NCBI GenBank assembly: GCA_964016885.1
Contig: OZ024741.1
Coordinates: 39,370,001-39,434,000 of the forward strand
Length of the DNA: 64,000 bases
Direction: 5' to 3'
Source: Eledone cirrhosa
Lineage: Eukaryota
Part shown: positions 26,100 to 40,384 of the stretch, piece after piece
Numbering within the stretch: position 1 is the stretch's first letter
How the letters are laid out: each line of letters begins with the position of its first letter
The notes under the pieces: generated by a model
Told to the model about the DNA's origin: nothing
The model's database searches: none
The model's input: the letters and a program-made list of their open reading frames with translations, nothing else
Program-made: the position numbers and the translations under genes

Positions 26100-29000
26100 T
26101 CAACAACAACAGTGACAACCAGAACAAACCCTACAATCGAGTCCTGTTAAAATGTTTCCCCACCCCACCCCCATCCCACCAGACACCCCCTCCCCACCAA
26201 ACATCTTTGTCCCCACACCTCCAGAGACCACCACCCCACCAAACGACCCCTCCAACACCCCATGGAAATTGTGCAGCCTGGTCCCCAGGAGACGAAGAGG
26301 TGAGTGATTTCTTTTCCACTTCTGTTAACTTTTCAGCACCAGCATGGCCAATATAAGAGTTGGATGTGTGAATGTACGCGGCCTGGGGATGCCCTGGAAA
26401 CAGGGCAAACTCTTAAACGACCTCAGGGTCGCACAGCATGGATGTAGTAGCCATTTGCGAGTCCAGGATCCACAGCGAGCGACAACTGGCCCCCATCTTC
26501 GACGACTTTGAGATCTACGCATCTCTCTGTCAGCTGGGAGGTAGGGATGGGGTTGCCGTTTTGCTGCGGAAACACCTGGACCTCGTAACACAGACGGTAC
26601 ATCTGGACCCGGAAGGTCGACTGGTGGTCCTAGACGTTGACGGTAGTGAAGGTGGAGCCTTCAGGCTGGTGGCCGCATATGCCCCATCCGGGACACCGCG
26701 GCCAGACTTCTTCAAACGTCTAGAGCCTTTTCTTGGAACGTCCCGCTCCCTGCTGTTAGAGGGGGACTGGAATGGAATCCTAGATGCACGTTGGGACTAT
26801 GTGGGAGCATGTACCGATAGAGGGGGGTGTAGCACCCTCAAACAGTTAATCGGCCGATTTGACCTGGCCGATAGATATCGACTAGATTTTCCGATTGTGC
26901 CACTGTGGACGTGGACTAATCGTAGCGGAACATCTACATCGTACCTAGATAGGGTTCTAGTTAGAAAGAAGGATAGGGACATGTTAAGCTGTCCACAAAT
27001 GTTCATGGTTGCCTATTCAGATCATAAATTAGTGACCTGCTTAGTCAACCTTGACAAAACCCATAGGCAGGGATCCGACTACTGGAAGCTGAACTTGTCG
27101 TTACCGACATACAAAGCCTACAGTAGACGGATTAGCACTTTAGTTAAGCAGCACTTGGCGGGGGCCATTGTCAACAACAGATGGTGGTACTCTCTCAAGA
27201 GGGCAGTTAGATTAGACTCGAAAGGTTTTAGTAGAGAATTAGTGTTAGATAGAAATAAGACCGAAAAGGAACTGGTAGATAAAGTAGAAGAGGCACTAAG
27301 GAGTGGCAACGTAGCCAGCGTGCTAGCGACGAGAACAGCTTTGGACCAGTTCTTTGACGCAAAGCATGAAGGCTGCGTTATCAGAAGCAAAATACGTGCT
27401 CTGGGAAATGAGGGAGCCAAGGCTGTTAGGTGGTCCCGCGTGACGGAGGCGAAAAGTGGCAACATGTTCACGATTCGGTCTTTTAAGGACCAAGACGGAC
27501 GCGTGATACGTGAGCCGAAGCAAATGTGCGCGGCCTTTCAGCGGCACTTTGCTCAACTGTTCGGGCAGGGCGGCGCGCCGGGAGGGGCTATGGATTTCGG
27601 TTCATACCTCGACGGCCTACCGCGACTCTCGGACAGCGAGGCGAAGTTCTGCGAAAGCTGATTTCGGCCGCTGAGATAAGGGACGCGCTGAGCCAATGCG
27701 GCAAACGCCAATCTCCAGGTCTCGACGGTCTACCCTACGAATTTTACGTAGCAATGCCGAACTTATTCTCCGGTCTCCTGGAAGCGGTCTACTGCAACTG
27801 GCAGCAGAACGGGAGAATTCCCAGTTGTGTGACCAAGGGCGTAATCACGTTAGTCAGGAAGGACGAGAACAAGGGGGATGACATAGGCAACTTCCGGCCC
27901 ATAACTCTGCTCAACACAGTGTTACAGATTTTGGCCATGGTGTTGGCAAAGAGGCTGGCGCTTGTCGTAGAAAACCTGGTGGGAGAAGCGCAGACATGCG
28001 CAATCCCGACCAGGTCTATACACGACAACCTCCACCTCATGCGATACATCATAGAGAGGGTAGGGTGTAAACCCGGCTTCGGTGGGGCCCTGATCAACTT
28101 GGATCAGTCTAAGGCTTTCGATGGGGTTGACCATCGTTGCCTGGATGCGGTGCTCGAAGCGGCAGGCTTCAGCCCCGTGTTCAGGGGCTGGATTGCTGCA
28201 ATGCACAACAGCAACATATGCTCAAGGGTCAAGGTGAACGGCTACCTCTCGGAGCCGTTCCATATCACGCTATCCATCCGCCATCTCTCCTCTCTTTTGT
28301 ACGTACTGACTCTCGAGCCACTACTGCGGAAGTTGGAGCTATTGCAGCGCATGCCTTTGGAAGCGCGACTGCGAAAAGCGGCGTCGGCCTACGCCGACGA
28401 CGTTACAGTAATGGTGTCGAGCACCTCGCAAATCAGGGAGATCGGCACCTTACTGGAGGAATACGAAAGGTTCACAGGGGCGAAGCTGAACCGTGACAAA
28501 TCCGTCGGTTTGCATCTCGCAACGTGGAGAGGCAAATCGATGCCATGCGATGACGTCATCGGACGCTGGACGGAAGGACCGGTAAAGCTGCTCGGGGTCT
28601 GGTTTGGTTTCTGACCTCCAGGTTGAGAAGAACTGGAACGAGGTGACGGCCAAGGTGTTGCGCTCACCCAGAAGTGGGCCGAGTGGAAACTATCCTTGAA
28701 AGGTCGAGGGGAGGTGGCGAACACTTTTATAGCGTCTGTCATCTACTACCGTTTGACCGTTGTGCCTTGTCCAGCCAAAACGCTCACCAAAATGGAGTGC
28801 GCGCTCTTCCAATTCCTTTGGAAGAAACGGGCTCCTTTGGTGAGAAGATCCATCTGCTGCCAACACCCTTCAAACGGAGGGCTGGGGATGCCGTGGCTGA
28901 CGATCCGCAAACACGCACTTAGGCTGCGGCACCTCCACGTATTCCTCAGCAGACAACCGGTGTGGGCCCCATTCGTGAGGCGAGCCTTCCCATGACTCGT

Positions 29001-29990
29001 CCCGCTGACCGAACTCGTCTCGCTGACCGAACTGCAGACCTGGGTCAAGCAAAGACCGAGGAAAATGGGCGACTGGCATATTGAATGTGCTGAGGCTCTC
29101 ACAGTCCTCTGGCAAACGGACCCGGCGATCAGTGAAGACACCACTTCGACATTCTATAGAGGGTTGGTCCGCAGCAAGTGCGATGACACGCTCGGAGAAA
29201 TTCTAGGCGTAGAGGAGGACTAACTGGCCAGTCTGTTTGGTAGGACCTTCCGCCCGGGACCAATGGACAACTTCCCAAAGTCCCTGGCCTGGCAGTTTTA
29301 CAGAGGAGCTCTAGCAGTTCGAGACAAGCTCTATAGACACTGGCGTCCGGGTAGGGACCCTTCGAAAAAGATCTGTCCGAGGCGCGTGCTAGAGGAGGAA
29401 ACCGTCGCACACGCATTTGTACACTGCCCGGGCGTTACCGACCGGTGGGGCTATGTAGAACGACTATTGTTTGCGGGTGGGACCAATGCAGTTGACCACC
29501 GAGTCCATTGTCATGATCAAACCGCCACCCTCCTTCAAAAACGAGGGAGAGGTCGTTTTCTTATGTGTTATGGCTATGGTGAAAGAGGTTATATGGTGGA
29601 CGAGGTTAAAAGGGCTGAGGTCAGACACCTTTCTCTCCGGCGAGCAACTGATTCGTTTTTTCAAATATCATTTTGGAAGAAGAATCAGGATGGAGAGAGA
29701 GGTGCTGTACCCCAGCAAATTTTATAAAAGGTGGGTGAATGTGACAAAGATAGCCCGAGTGGTTGGGCCTTCTCTCTATATAAGCCTGTAGGTTGAGGTA
29801 AAAGAGGAAGAGAGATGAGGGTTGTACATTTTTTCGGGGTGTGTACAACCCCTGTGTAACACCTCCCCCATATTGGGGATTTCAATTGTTATTTGTTATT
29901 GTATTAATAGTTTTATTTTCATATATCTGTATTTAAACTCCCCATTTGTATGTGTCCCCTTCTTTTGTGCCCTTGTGGCTAATAAAGAAA
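26100..29990 (+). mobile_element. L1/Tx1-clade LINE copy C, older and decayed, truncated in ORF1 (5' boundary approximate)
   Basis: ORF1 C-terminal remnant YNRVLLKCFP (copy B LNRVLLKDFP); ORF2 starts MANIRVG at 26344; 3' end CCCTTGTGGCTAATAAAGAAAT then (ATCT)n. Confidence 0.9.
26344..29791 (+). pseudogene. Disrupted ORF2 of copy C
   Basis: Fragments 26438-27661, 27526-28614, 28696-28995, 29263-29791 with multiple frameshifts and stops. Confidence 0.92.
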
Positions 29991-30276
29991 TATATCTATC
30001 TATCTATCTATATAAATATATATATATATTTACAATAACTACAAGCAATACCACTATCATATTACCACCACAACTACTATCTCAACCCCTAAAACTATTG
30101 GTATAGCTATCACAACCAGCAGAACATCTAAATTCCCGCCACCATACCAGTATATTCATATAATTCACCACCACCATTTATATTGCCACCCCTGCGAAGA
30201 TGAAATGATATTCCAGGATTTACCTTCTAGAGTGTTTAATGAAAGAGTGGTGACTGTGGCAATAATAATGAAGCTG

Positions 30277-30487
30277 AATGGACCAACCCTCATCGTGCTT
30301 TTTTAAATAGTAATGGGCCTACCCTCACCGTGCTTTTCTAAATAGGAATGAGCCTATTCTGGCTATACCTTTCTAAATAGGAATGGGTCTACGCTGATCA
30401 AGCTTTCCTAAATAGGAATGGGCCAACCCTAACTGTGTTTTTCTGTTTAGGAATGCGCCAGCCATGGTCATGCTTTCCTAAGCAGGA
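30277..30487. repeat. 35-bp minisatellite, ~6 diverged units
   Basis: AATGGGCCTACCCTCACCGTGCTTTTCTAAATAGG-like unit at 30277, 30312, 30347 and onward. Confidence 0.85.
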
Positions 30488-30984
30488 GAAAAAAAATCAA
30501 GAAAGAAGATACATTCAATGCTTGCGAGGCGACAAAGTAATCTTGTATTTTATGTGGGTTCTTCCGGGGATTATACGAAAGCGCAGTCCCCGTATAAGCT
30601 AACTGGTCATATTTGACATCTGTTATCGTTTTCTCCTGTTATCATGGATAGTTATTACAATTTCCATTATTGTTTTTCCTACTATTAACTTTGCAGTGAT
30701 ACCCTCTTCTCTTTATTACATACAGACCCAATCTGTGTTGTTTTTATCTTTGTATATGTGTTCAATGTTATAGGCCCCTGTGGCCAATACAAGAAACCAT
30801 TATCTTCAAATCCTTTATTATTTGTTTTTTTAAAGAATTATTTGCTTAACTCCCTTTGCTCTCCACTTTACATTTATTCAATCTATTGAGCAACATATTG
30901 TTCCATCACAAATTCGTGTAGCAAGTTTTATCTTTCGCACCAACAGAAATTATTATTATGATTGTAATTATTATTATTAATATT

Positions 30985-31025
<41 letters not shown>

Positions 31026-31423
31026 AATTATTATTATTATTATTATTATTAATTATCGCCATCATCATCATCATCATCATCATAAATCATCATCATCATC
31101 GTTATTGTTCATTTTCAACGTTATTCTTATGGATATTGTTGTTTGTTTTGTTATTATATTATATTTTATTCAATATGTTTTCACGATAGAAAAAGATGTT
31201 CTGATGTGGAGTTGTTTTAGAATGATTTATCATTCCTACCGCCAACAACATCGCCTCTTTTGTCACAACAGCTTTCATTCACCGGCAGTCACCTAGAAAC
31301 TAACACAACGGTTTAAGCCTCTTTTTGAATTAAGTTCAAGTGGAAGTGAGACAAAAGAAAAAAAACATACAATGCTACAGAAAAATATCTATACGGTTTA
31401 ATAAATATGTATGTATGCCCTTA

Positions 31424-31961
<538 letters not shown>

Positions 31962-32102
31962 TAATTAAAAGATGGTTACAAGAGTTTCATGCGTTTTATT
32001 ATGCGCATTTCAAAAACAAATATCATCATGGGATGATATTTGCGTCCTCATTAGATAAAATAGGGAGACATGATTTATTGTGCTACAATAAAACTAACCT
32101 CC

Positions 32103-32184
<82 letters not shown>

Positions 32185-32319
32185 GATGCGTGAGTTGGTG
32201 TCTGTAGCAGCTGTCCAATGACTGAAACCGTTGAAAGAATATATATATCATATATATATGTAGGCAGATCCAGAAAAACCTGGGACAACTTGATAAATTC
32301 CGACCTCACACACTTACAC

Positions 32320-32780
32320 CTCTCCAAGACAATGTCACTGGACCGAGATCTTTGGCGCTACACAGTAATACAGAAGACCCGCCTTGCCTAAGTACAAAGC
32401 GAAACCTACAGTCAGTAGGCACCTCTAACAAAATAAACCCCGTCCCACTACCCCCACCCCATCCACACCACCCCCTTAAATGTGAAGTTATGTTGGTACC
32501 ACAACATCCAGTCCGAAACAAATGAGGTCGTGTAGGTGTCACGACAAAAAAACACACAGTCCACGCTGTAATGTGGCCGTGTATGTAACACGGTAAAAAC
32601 CTCCCAGTCCACACTGTAAACGTGGTTGGTGTTAGGAAGGGCATCCAGCTGTAGAAAACCCGCCAGACAGTCCTATGCGAGCAAGACAACCACTCTTGCC
32701 TCAAGTGGGAAAACTCCCGTCCAAACCCATGCAAGCGTGGAAGATGGACGTTAAACGATGAGGATGATGATGATGATGAT
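32320..32780 (+). mobile_element. SINE-like repeat with (GAT)n tail
   Basis: GGTGTTAGGAAGGGCATCCAGCTGTAGAAA ... GGACGTTAAACGATGAGGATGATGAT; recognised from memory as a mollusc SINE 3' part. Confidence 0.55.
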
Positions 32781-32792
32781 ACATATTTGCAT

Positions 32793-32844
<52 letters not shown>

Positions 32845-33058
32845 TAATATATATAATATATATGATATATATAATATATATGATATATATATAATATATA
32901 TATAAATAATATAATATGTGTATATATATATATATATATACATGGCGAAGTGCAACACAAAATCAAGGGAAACAACGCAGTTCATTGAAGAAATATATAA
33001 GATTAACGCCGCTTGATATAGAGGGGAAAATGATTTATAGACACACACACACACACAC

Positions 33059-33105
<47 letters not shown>

Positions 33106-33364
33106 TATATATATATATATATGTATATATATCCAGATTGGAGTGGAATTCATCCAAGCGGAACTATGAAAAAATGTTTCCATCGCTGAAATCATCTACC
33201 TGCTGTAACACAGCAAAAAGAGCAGCGTAAATTAAAGTGTCTTGCTCAAGAACATAACGTACTGTGGTTTGTTCTCGCATCTTCAGAATTGCAAATCCAT
33301 TTCTTTATTCACTAAACCACGCGTCTTTACCGTCACATACCCATATATATATATTACACACACA

Positions 33365-33422
<58 letters not shown>

Positions 33423-33440
33423 TATATATATATATATATA

Positions 33441-34634
33441 TGAGTATAGACATAGAATATTCGAAAATATTCTGTATGTTTATAATAAACATTTTGAAGA
33501 CCTAATCGCTATAGAATAGAATACGTCACGTATTACAATTAGATTCTCGACAAAAGCAAGGGAAGTAATCTACGCGTTTCATTCTTGTTAGAATTCATCA
33601 GGACTACATATCCAGTGCTTTTATCGAGAATGACACAGCTAGAGACTTATAGAATACTTAGCTGTGTACTGGAACTGGTTTGAAAGAGCGGTTGCCGGTC
33701 CGGCAGAAATTAGAAATTGGAATAAATGCTCTGAAATAGCGATATATATGTGAGTATAGACATAGAATATTCGAAAATATTCTGTATGTTTATAATAAAC
33801 ATTTTGAAGACCTAATCGCTATAGAATAGAATACGTCACGTATTACAATTAGATTCTCGACAAAAGCAAGGGAAGTAATCTACGCGTTTCATTCTTGTTA
33901 GAATTCATCAGGACTACATATCCAGTGCTTTTATCGAGAATGACACAGCTAGAGACTTATAGAATACTTAGCTGTGTACTGGAACTGGTTTGAAAGAGCG
34001 GTTGCCGGTCCGGCAGAAATTAGAAATTGGAATAAATGCTCTGAAATAGCGATATATATGTGAGTATAGACATAGAATATTCGAAAATATTCTGTATGTT
34101 TATAATAAACATTTTGAAGACCTAATCGCTATAGAATAGAATACGTCACGTATTACAATTAGATTCTCGACAAAAGCAAGGGAAGTAATCTACGCGTTTC
34201 ATTCTTGTTAGAATTCATCAGGACTACATATCCAGTGCTTTTATCGAGAATGACACAGCTAGAGACTTATAGAATACTTAGCTGTGTACTGGAACTGGTT
34301 TGAAAGAGCGGTTGCCGGTCCGGCAGAAATTAGAAATTGGAATAAATGCTCTGAAATAGCGATATATATGTGAGTATAGACATAGAATATTCGAAAATAT
34401 TCTGTATGTTTATAATAAACATTTTGAAGACCTAATCGCTATAGAATAGAATACGTCACGTATTACAATTAGATTCTCGACAAAAGCAAGGGAAGTAATC
34501 TACGCGTTTCATTCTTGTTAGAATTCATCAGGACTACATATCCAGTGCTTTTATCGAGAATGACACAGCTAGAGACTTATAGAATACTTAGCTGTGTACT
34601 GGAACTGGTTTGAAAGAGCGGTTGCCGGTCCGGC
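33441..34634 (-). repeat. 310-bp HHR tandem array, left arm (~3.85 units)
   Basis: Exact 310-bp period (TATAATAAAC at 33481, 33791, 34101, 34411); HHRs at 33565-33607, 33875-33917, 34185-34227, 34495-34537. Confidence 0.97.
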
Positions 34635-36290
34635 TAGCGATTAGGTCTTCAAAATGTTTATTATAAACATACAGAATATTTTCGAATATTCTATGTCTAT
34701 ACTCACATATATATCGCTATTTCAGAGCATTTATTCCAATTTCTAATTTCTGCCGGACCGGCAACCGCTCTTTCAAACCAGTTCCAGTACACAGCTAAGT
34801 ATTCTATAAGTCTCTAGCTGTGTCATTCTCGATAAAAGCACTGGATATGTAGTCCTGATGAATTCTAACAAGAATGAAACGCGTAGATTACTTCCCTTGC
34901 TTTTGTCGAGAATCTAATTGTAATACGTGACGTATTCTATTCTATAGCGATTAGGTCTTCAAAATGTTTATTATAAACATACAGAATATTTTCGAATATT
35001 CTATGTCTATACTCACATATATATCGCTATTTCAGAGCATTTATTCCAATTTCTAATTTCTGCCGGACCGGCAACCGCTCTTTCAAACCAGTTCCAGTAC
35101 ACAGCTAAGTATTCTATAAGTCTCTAGCTGTGTCATTCTCGATAAAAGCACTGGATATGTAGTCCTGATGAATTCTAACAAGAATGAAACGCGTAGATTA
35201 CTTCCCTTGCTTTTGTCGAGAATCTAATTGTAATACGTGACGTATTCTATTCTATAGCGATTAGGTCTTCAAAATGTTTATTATAAACATACAGAATATT
35301 TTCGAATATTCTATGTCTATACTCACATATATATCGCTATTTCAGAGCATTTATTCCAATTTCTAATTTCTGCCGGACCGGCAACCGCTCTTTCAAACCA
35401 GTTCCAGTACACAGCTAAGTATTCTATAAGTCTCTAGCTGTGTCATTCTCGATAAAAGCACTGGATATGTAGTCCTGATGAATTCTAACAAGAATGAAAC
35501 GCGTAGATTACTTCCCTTGCTTTTGTCGAGAATCTAATTGTAATACGTGACGTATTCTATTCTATAGCGATTAGGTCTTCAAAATGTTTATTATAAACAT
35601 ACAGAATATTTTCGAATATTCTATGTCTATACTCACATATATATCGCTATTTCAGAGCATTTATTCCAATTTCTAATTTCTGCCGGACCGGCAACCGCTC
35701 TTTCAAACCAGTTCCAGTACACAGCTAAGTATTCTATAAGTCTCTAGCTGTGTCATTCTCGATAAAAGCACTGGATATGTAGTCCTGATGAATTCTAACA
35801 AGAATGAAACGCGTAGATTACTTCCCTTGCTTTTGTCGAGAATCTAATTGTAATACGTGACGTATTCTATTCTATAGCGATTAGGTCTTCAAAATGTTTA
35901 TTATAAACATACAGAATATTTTCGAATATTCTATGTCTATACTCACATATATATCGCTATTTCAGAGCATTTATTCCAATTTCTAATTTCTGCCGGACCG
36001 GCAACCGCTCTTTCAAACCAGTTCCAGTACACAGCTAAGTATTCTATAAGTCTCTAGCTGTGTCATTCTCGATAAAAGCACTGGATATGTAGTCCTGATG
36101 AATTCTAACAAGAATGAAACGCGTAGATTACTTCCCTTGCTTTTGTCGAGAATCTAATTGTAATACGTGACGTATTCTATTCTATAGCGATTAGGTCTTC
36201 AAAATGTTTATTATAAACATACAGAATATTTTCGAATATTCTATGTCTATACTCACATATATATCGCTATTTCAGAGCATTTATTCCAAT
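34635..36290 (+). repeat. 310-bp HHR tandem array, right arm (~5.3 units), inverted relative to left arm
   Basis: Reverse complement of left arm; HHRs at 34849-34891, 35159-35201, 35469-35511, 35779-35821, 36089-36131. Confidence 0.97.
34849..34891 (+). ncRNA. Minimal type I hammerhead ribozyme (representative of 9 copies)
   Basis: GTAGTC-CTGATGA-ATTCT aaca AGAAT-GAAAC-GC-GTA-GATTAC; palindromic stem III ACGCGT; predicted cleavage after 34885; helix I extended by ATTCTCGATAAAAGCA/TGCTTTTGTCGAGAAT. Confidence 0.9.
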
Positions 36291-36496
36291 ATATATATAT
36301 ATATTTGTGTATAGTGGTCCAGTGATAAAATTTGCTCCGGACATAACACCCGTGTCTGAAAGAACCCGCAGAAGTAGAATCAGCCAGATCCGTACAAGGA
36401 CCATGACTCGAGCTACATGCCGACGAAACATTTGTAACACGAAATAAACTAAGTCCAGATGCATCACTGATTTTTCGTTTCCTTTATAATATATAT

Positions 36497-37152
<656 letters not shown>

Positions 37153-37333
37153 AATATTTGTTTCGACACACGATTTCATATCAAAAACCTCGCAAAACTA
37201 TATATATATATATATATATATATAAGTGATAACAAAATATCGTTATAGGTAATCCAGTTAGACGTGAATACTTCGTATTATGGATAGTTTTAGCGTACAG
37301 TGTTGTTTGACTCAACAAGAGGTTTACGTAGGT

Positions 37334-37399
<66 letters not shown>

Positions 37400-37650
37400 T
37401 ATGCACACACAAACCTATTAATCAATGTATGTGGTCTTTAATTCTTTCATCTTTAGCGACACTTAACTTTCCGATCAGGCAGTACATGTTACTCATGTGC
37501 GGTAATATCCATAAATTAGGTAAGGATATTTAAGGAAACATCTTGATGTTATCACAGCAATACCTCATACAGACACTCCATATTCATCATTATGTCCATG
37601 CGAACTCTATTGTTGTGTCTCACCATATATATATGCGTTTGTGTGTGTGC

Positions 37651-37713
<63 letters not shown>

Positions 37714-37716
37714 ATA

Positions 37717-38444
37717 TAAATGAAAGGTATAGAAAATATTGTAGCAAGAAGCCAACAGTATTCCATAATATTTAAGTGATTATAGCGTCAAAATGGGAAA
37801 AATAGTTAACGTAAGATGTGGGAAAAATAATTCAAACTCAACTCAAAAAGAATCAGGATATAGATTCATCCAACAGAATTTAGTGAAATCCAGGGAAAAA
37901 TCAATAGAGCCTTAACTCATGATAAAATAAAGTTTAAAATACTCATCCTTCCATTTGGAACAACTACAAATGTTCTGTATAGTCTTGAAGACTATTTCCC
38001 GAAAACTTTCAGTGAAGATGGTCACGGTTGGAATTCGATCCTCAGCAGAGTTCAACTCGATAACCAAAATTTCTCACTGGTTAATATGCCAAAAAGGGAT
38101 TTTAAAACAGGCTAGTTCACCATCATGCGTGATTATGAAAAATAAAACGCACATGTGGAAAGACAGGGCTGGTGACGTCAGAATGAGATGAATGTTTGTT
38201 TACAAGAAACAACAGTAAAAAAAAATTCCGAAAAAACTCTACAATAAGGAGTTCAGCAAAAAGCAATATTATCGCGGTTTTTAAAAAAAAAAACCGGTAT
38301 TAGTCACAAATAATTTAAGCACTCTAGGAAAGAAATCCGAGTATAAATATATAAATGAAAGGTATAGAAAGTATTGTAGCAAGAGGGCCAACAGTATTCA
38401 ATAATATATAAGTGACTATAGCGTCAAAATAGGAAAAATGGTTA
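37717..38444 (-). mobile_element. 635-bp unit with ~93-bp terminal direct repeat and internal HHR (retrozyme/PLE-like)
   Basis: TGAAAGGTATAGAAA...TATAGCGTCAAAAT at 37721 and 38356; bounded by (TA)n. Confidence 0.75.
37974..38049 (-). ncRNA. Type I hammerhead ribozyme
   Basis: - strand TCTG-CTGAGGA-TCGAA...TTCGG-GAAATAGTC ttcaa GACTAT-A-CAGA; full 6-bp stem III, AUA triplet. Confidence 0.72.
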
Positions 38445-38459
38445 AATATATATATATAT

Positions 38460-38670
38460 AACGAAGAAAATGTGGTAAGGAACCAGATGGACAATAACGC
38501 ACCAAAGTACTCAATACTTAGGGTAGCAGAGTGGATAATAGGAAAATATTCATAACGCCGCCGGCAGAGCTCAAGCCGTTTCGACAGCTATTTCTGGACT
38601 GTCCAGAAATTACCCTCTAGAAATAGCCGTCGAAACGGCTTAAGCTCTATCGTCGGGGTCTTTAACATTT
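38460..38670 (-). mobile_element. Family H fold-back element
   Basis: Conserved tail plus inverted GAAACGGCTT..CGTCGGGGTC arms. Confidence 0.75.
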
Positions 38671-39791
38671 TCATATATATATATATATAATATAGAAATG
38701 GCTTCTTCTACAGGACTAGAACTGTTTCATTCTGTGGTTACCCCCGATTGAATCCGGGTTTAACATATATATATATATATATGTAGGTCCCCTACACGCC
38801 GTACCAATGACCAATGGACAACAACAACCACCCATAGTTTGTGGTCCCTATGGTGGATGGTCCACCGGATCCTCTACTGGTTAGGAGTCATCAAAACCAC
38901 GTTTTATTGAACCTGAGCCCCCCCCCCCCCCACCGGGAGCGGCCCACACAGGAAAAACAATTATCCCAAGGTACTAAACCTATACGCATGAATGAGTGCC
39001 CGCAACCGTGCATTGTGTGTGTATACTGGGACTGCGTGAATGTACACACTCATGTGAACGCAACGTAATACTAATACCCCAGGTTGGATTGATAAATGTT
39101 CGAGTGTATGCTTAAGAGTATATTTATATATACTCTCTTGTATGAGTGCACATGTGTATATAGACATACACGCGCATCCAGAAGTATAAAAGTGTGGGTG
39201 GGTATATATGTCTGTACTAAGGGATTCGCCTAAGCTCCAAAGCCCCCAAGCTATTGTTGTGAAGATATATATCACACTCTACCTTTGTCTAGTCTAAACA
39301 ATAACTTTTCCAAGCACCCACTTTACTTTTCTTGAAAAATAACACCCACCTAGTTTTATGTCTGCCTTATACTTGGATTTGGGGGCCTCTGCTGTATATA
39401 TATATGCACTTGTGCGTACATATATATATATACACATCTGTATGGATTTGCGTGTGTAGATGTGTGTGTGTCTGAGTGGGTAGGTGTTGCCTTTCATCCT
39501 TACGGGGTCGATAAAATAGAGTACCAGTAATGTACTGGATAATTGCTGGCCTTGTGTCAAAAGTAGAAACAATTAATTTAAGTATTACCACCCCACATTA
39601 ATTCCTCAATTTGTATGTGTGGATGTGTGTGTGTGTCTGTGGAGGTGGGTGTGAATGTATGTGCAAGCCAACCTACATAAGTCTTTTTATTTGTAAATTT
39701 TCTACTCTAACCATAATTTTCAGTAGCACCACTCCACATACATTCCTCAATTTAAGAATGACCTGTAGTATCTATTTCATACTATTAACCT

Positions 39792-39972
39792 GGTGGATTG
39801 GCAGTATCGGTAGAGGGTCGGACGCCATGCTTTCCAGCATAGTTACGTCCCTTTACGATCTGAGTTCAAATCCCGCCGAGGTTGACTTTGCCTTTCATCC
39901 TTACGGGGTCGATAAAATAAAGTACCAGTAATGCACTGAGTAATTGCTGGCCTTGTGCCTAAAGTAGAAACA
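39792..39972 (+). mobile_element. SINE family A with TSD (a 5'-truncated copy also at 39487-39575)
   Basis: ACTATTAACCT at 39781-39791 and 39973-39983. Confidence 0.92.
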
Positions 39973-40242
39973 ACTATTAACCTTAATTGAATATATATCT
40001 GACCAGGAATGCTTTTTGTGAAAATCAGTCATATGGAACTATTGTCATCTTGCCTGACGGTTTGAACACCACCTGCCTCTTTGAGGTCAAATACCAACCC
40101 TACTAGCATCTACAAACTGACCAATGAGAATTAAGACTATTCCTGCTGACAACATTAAATTATTCCTAACAAGCTCATATGTCCCAAGGCTCTGTACCAT
40201 CAACACTATAAACACAGAGCTGGCATATCTAAGAACTGACTA

Positions 40243-40298
40243 ACTGCCTGATGAGGTCATGGTCATTCAATGGCTATCATCGAAATATATATAGCAGT
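40243..40298 (+). ncRNA. Minimal type I hammerhead ribozyme (solo)
   Basis: ACTGC-CTGATGA-G..ATGGTCATT c AATGGCTAT..C-GAAAT-ATAT-ATA-GCAGT; ~45 nt upstream of (TA)n. Confidence 0.75.
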
Positions 40299-40339
40299 AA
40301 ATAAAGGATTATGAGTTCATGCAATTGACTTATGTTTCG

Positions 40340-40384
<45 letters not shown>

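Noticed and set aside
33441-36290. Possible CRISPR-like array
   Set aside because: Units are wholly identical with no unique spacers, no cas genes, eukaryotic context
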